This document shows, piece by piece, positions 61,898 through 64,000 of a DNA stretch of 64,000 bases. The stretch is from NCBI RefSeq assembly GCF_009914755.1, contig NC_060941.1. One strand, given 5' to 3'. Positions within the stretch are counted from its first letter, which is position 1. The number at the start of each line of letters is the position of its first letter. The stretch comes from the human T2T-CHM13v2.0 reference genome, Homo sapiens. The translations under genes and the position numbers were made by a program. Under the pieces are notes generated by a model. The model had not been told where the DNA came from. It did no database searches and worked only from the letters and a program-made list of their open reading frames with translations.

Positions 61898-61975
61898 TTA
61901 AGTTGGTGCAAAAGTAATTGCAGTTTTGCTATTCCTTTTGATGCAAAAATCGTGATTACTTTTGCACCAACCTAA
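61898..61975. mobile_element. MADE1 (Hsmar1-derived MITE)
   Basis: 'ttaagttggtgcaaaagtaattgcag...gattacttttgcaccaacctaa'. Confidence 0.95.
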
Positions 61976-63273
61976 CAGATTTGAATTGGCAGAGAAACAA
62001 TGACCCATTAATAGAGATTTTTTAATCTGAAGAATACAGAGAAAATCAAATGAAAAAGGATGACCAGAGCATCAACATACATTTAATGGGTACATGTTCC
62101 AGGAGAGGAGGAGAGAAAAGAAACAACAGGAAAGAAAAGGATAAAAATAATGGATGAAAAACTCCCAAATGAGTGAAAACCACTAATGACTGAAAGTTTT
62201 TTAAATTATGAAAAAAATCAATCTACCCATCAAACAAGTTTACCAAAACCAAGTGGGATAAATGTAAAGAGATTCACACTAGGTACATCATGGTTACAAT
62301 AGAGAAAGCCTCAAGGAGAACATTTTGAAAGCAGCAACAGAAAAATGACTCATCACATACAAGGGAATTTCAATAAGATTAACGTCTGTCATCTCATCAG
62401 AAATAATGCATGCCCAGAAGGCATTAGGAGCATATAGTAAATGCTCAAAGAGAAAAACAAACAAACAAACAAAAACATATACACACACACAGCTATCAAC
62501 TGACTATTATATCCAGAATGCTCTTTTTAAAATGGAGATGAAAAATATTAGTAGATTAAAACATAAATAAATAAATACTAAGACAATGTTTTGCAAACAG
62601 GCTTGCCTTACAAAAAACACTAAGGAATACTTCAAACTAAGAGCAAGTAACACCAGATCATAATTTAAATCCTTAAAAAAAACCCAATAAAACAATTAAA
62701 TAATTATCAAAGAGAATATAAATGAGTATTTATTCTCTTTACTTTTCTTAACTGAGTTTTAAAAACTGTATAAAGTAACATGTATGTAATTGTATTGCTG
62801 GACCTAAACCATACAGAAATGTAATATATTTCTCAGTAATAGCACAGAGGTAGGTGTCATGAAACTTCTTTTGGAGTGCAGAAATGATACCAGATGGTAA
62901 TTTGAATCCAAATGAATAAATTAGTAGAACCAGTGATGTGTTCTAGATGTTTTGTTCCCTCCAAATGTCATTTTGAAATCTGACCTCCAAAGTTATAGGT
63001 GGGTCTAGTGGGAAATGCTCGGGTCATAGGGGTTGATCCCTCATGAATGGCTTAATGTCCTCCTCATGGTAATGGGTGAGTTCTTACTCAGTTTACTGGA
63101 GAGCTGGTTGTTTAAAGGGTCCTGGCACCTCTTTGTCCCTCTCCCTCTCCCTTTCACCATGTGACACACTGATTCCCCTTTTTTTCCACTATGACTGAAA
63201 GCTTCCCAAGGACTCATCAGAAGAAAAGCAGATGCTGATGCCATTCTTGTATAGCCTGTTTAAAATGTGAACT

Positions 63274-63567
63274 GGCCAGGTGCAGTGGCTCACTCCTGTA
63301 ATGCCAGCGCTTTGGGAGGCCGAGGTGGGCAGATCACCTGAGGTCAGGAGTTCGAGACCAGCCTGGCCAACATGGTGAAATCCCATCTCTACTAAAAATA
63401 CAAAAATTAGCCAGGCACAGTGGTGTGCTCCTTTAACCCCAGCTACCCAGGGGGCTGAGGCAGGAGAATTGCTGGAACTCGAGAGACAGAGGCTGCAGTG
63501 AGCCGAGACTGCACCACTGCACTCCAGCCTGAGCAACAGAGCAAGACTCGGTCTCAAAAAAAAAAAA
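63274..63567 (+). mobile_element. AluSx
   Basis: Full dimer with 'gatcacctgaggtcaggagttcgagacc'. Confidence 0.95.
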
Positions 63568-63590
63568 GTGAACCAAATAAACCTCTTTTG

Positions 63591-63902
63591 CCCAAGGGCG
63601 GTGGCTCACACCTGTAATCCCAGCACTTTGGAAGGCTGAGATGGCAGGATCATTTGAGGCCAGGAGTTTGAGACCAGCCTTGTCAACACGGCAAAACCCT
63701 GTCTCTATTAAAATTACAAAAATTAGCTGGGCATGGTGGCACATGCCTGTAATCCCAGCTACTCAGGAGGCTAAGGCACAAGAATCACTTGAACTCAGGA
63801 GGCAGAGGTTGCAGTGAGCAGCGGTCATGCCATTGCATTCTAGCCTGGGCGACAGAGTGAGACTTTGTCTTTAAAAAATAAATAAATAAATAAATAAATA
63901 AT
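63591..63902 (+). mobile_element. AluJ/Sz with a (TAAA)n tail
   Basis: Full diverged dimer. Confidence 0.92.
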
Positions 63903-64000
63903 ACTTTTTTCTTTATAAATTACCTAGTCTCAGGTATCTCTTCATAGCAACAGAAAATGGACTAACATGATCAGAAAGTAAGTGGTAAATTAGAAGGTTA

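Larger units (their letters stand above)
62934..63969 (+). mobile_element. MSTB-type MaLR solo LTR containing two Alus
   Basis: 'tgatgtgttctagatg...ggactaacatg'. TSD accag (62929-62933) and atcag (63970-63974). Confidence 0.88.
60290..64000 (+). mobile_element. Ancient L1MC/MD 5' region and ORF1, interrupted by MADE1 and MST
   Basis: 'gaaacatctattcaagaaaatctac', 'gacttcaaagcagccattataaat' and 'ttgaaagcagcaacagaaaaatgactcatcacatacaaggg'. Confidence 0.7.

Overview
This is AT-rich primate genomic DNA (human or great-ape-like, judging by AluY, L1PA2 and MADE1). It is intronic or intergenic and dominated by transposable-element relics: Alu, L1 of many ages, L2, MIR, MaLR/ERV LTRs, Tigger1, MER2/44/58/5/103 and MADE1. 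I found no cellular protein-coding exon, RNA gene, CpG island or CRISPR array that I can support. The ORFs in the track that I can recognise are broken L1 ORF2 or Tigger1 transposase fragments, or Alu/microsatellite read-throughs. I cannot demonstrate a new biological system here. The notable features are mechanistic. (1) An L1PA13-like element appears to carry a ~700-bp 3' transduction, and the whole insert splits a MER58B. (2) A twin-primed, 5'-inverted L1MA. (3) A tail-to-tail inverted AluY pair with overlapping TSDs and a 28-bp spacer. (4) A 101-bp local duplication that preserves the empty site of an AluY insertion. (5) A 49-bp orphan insertion with a TSD. (6) Several fold-back or templated repair scars. 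(7) Nested LTRs. (8) Two MADE1 hairpins of the miR-548 type. Subfamily names come from remembered consensus sequences and were not computed. Boundaries of old elements are approximate.
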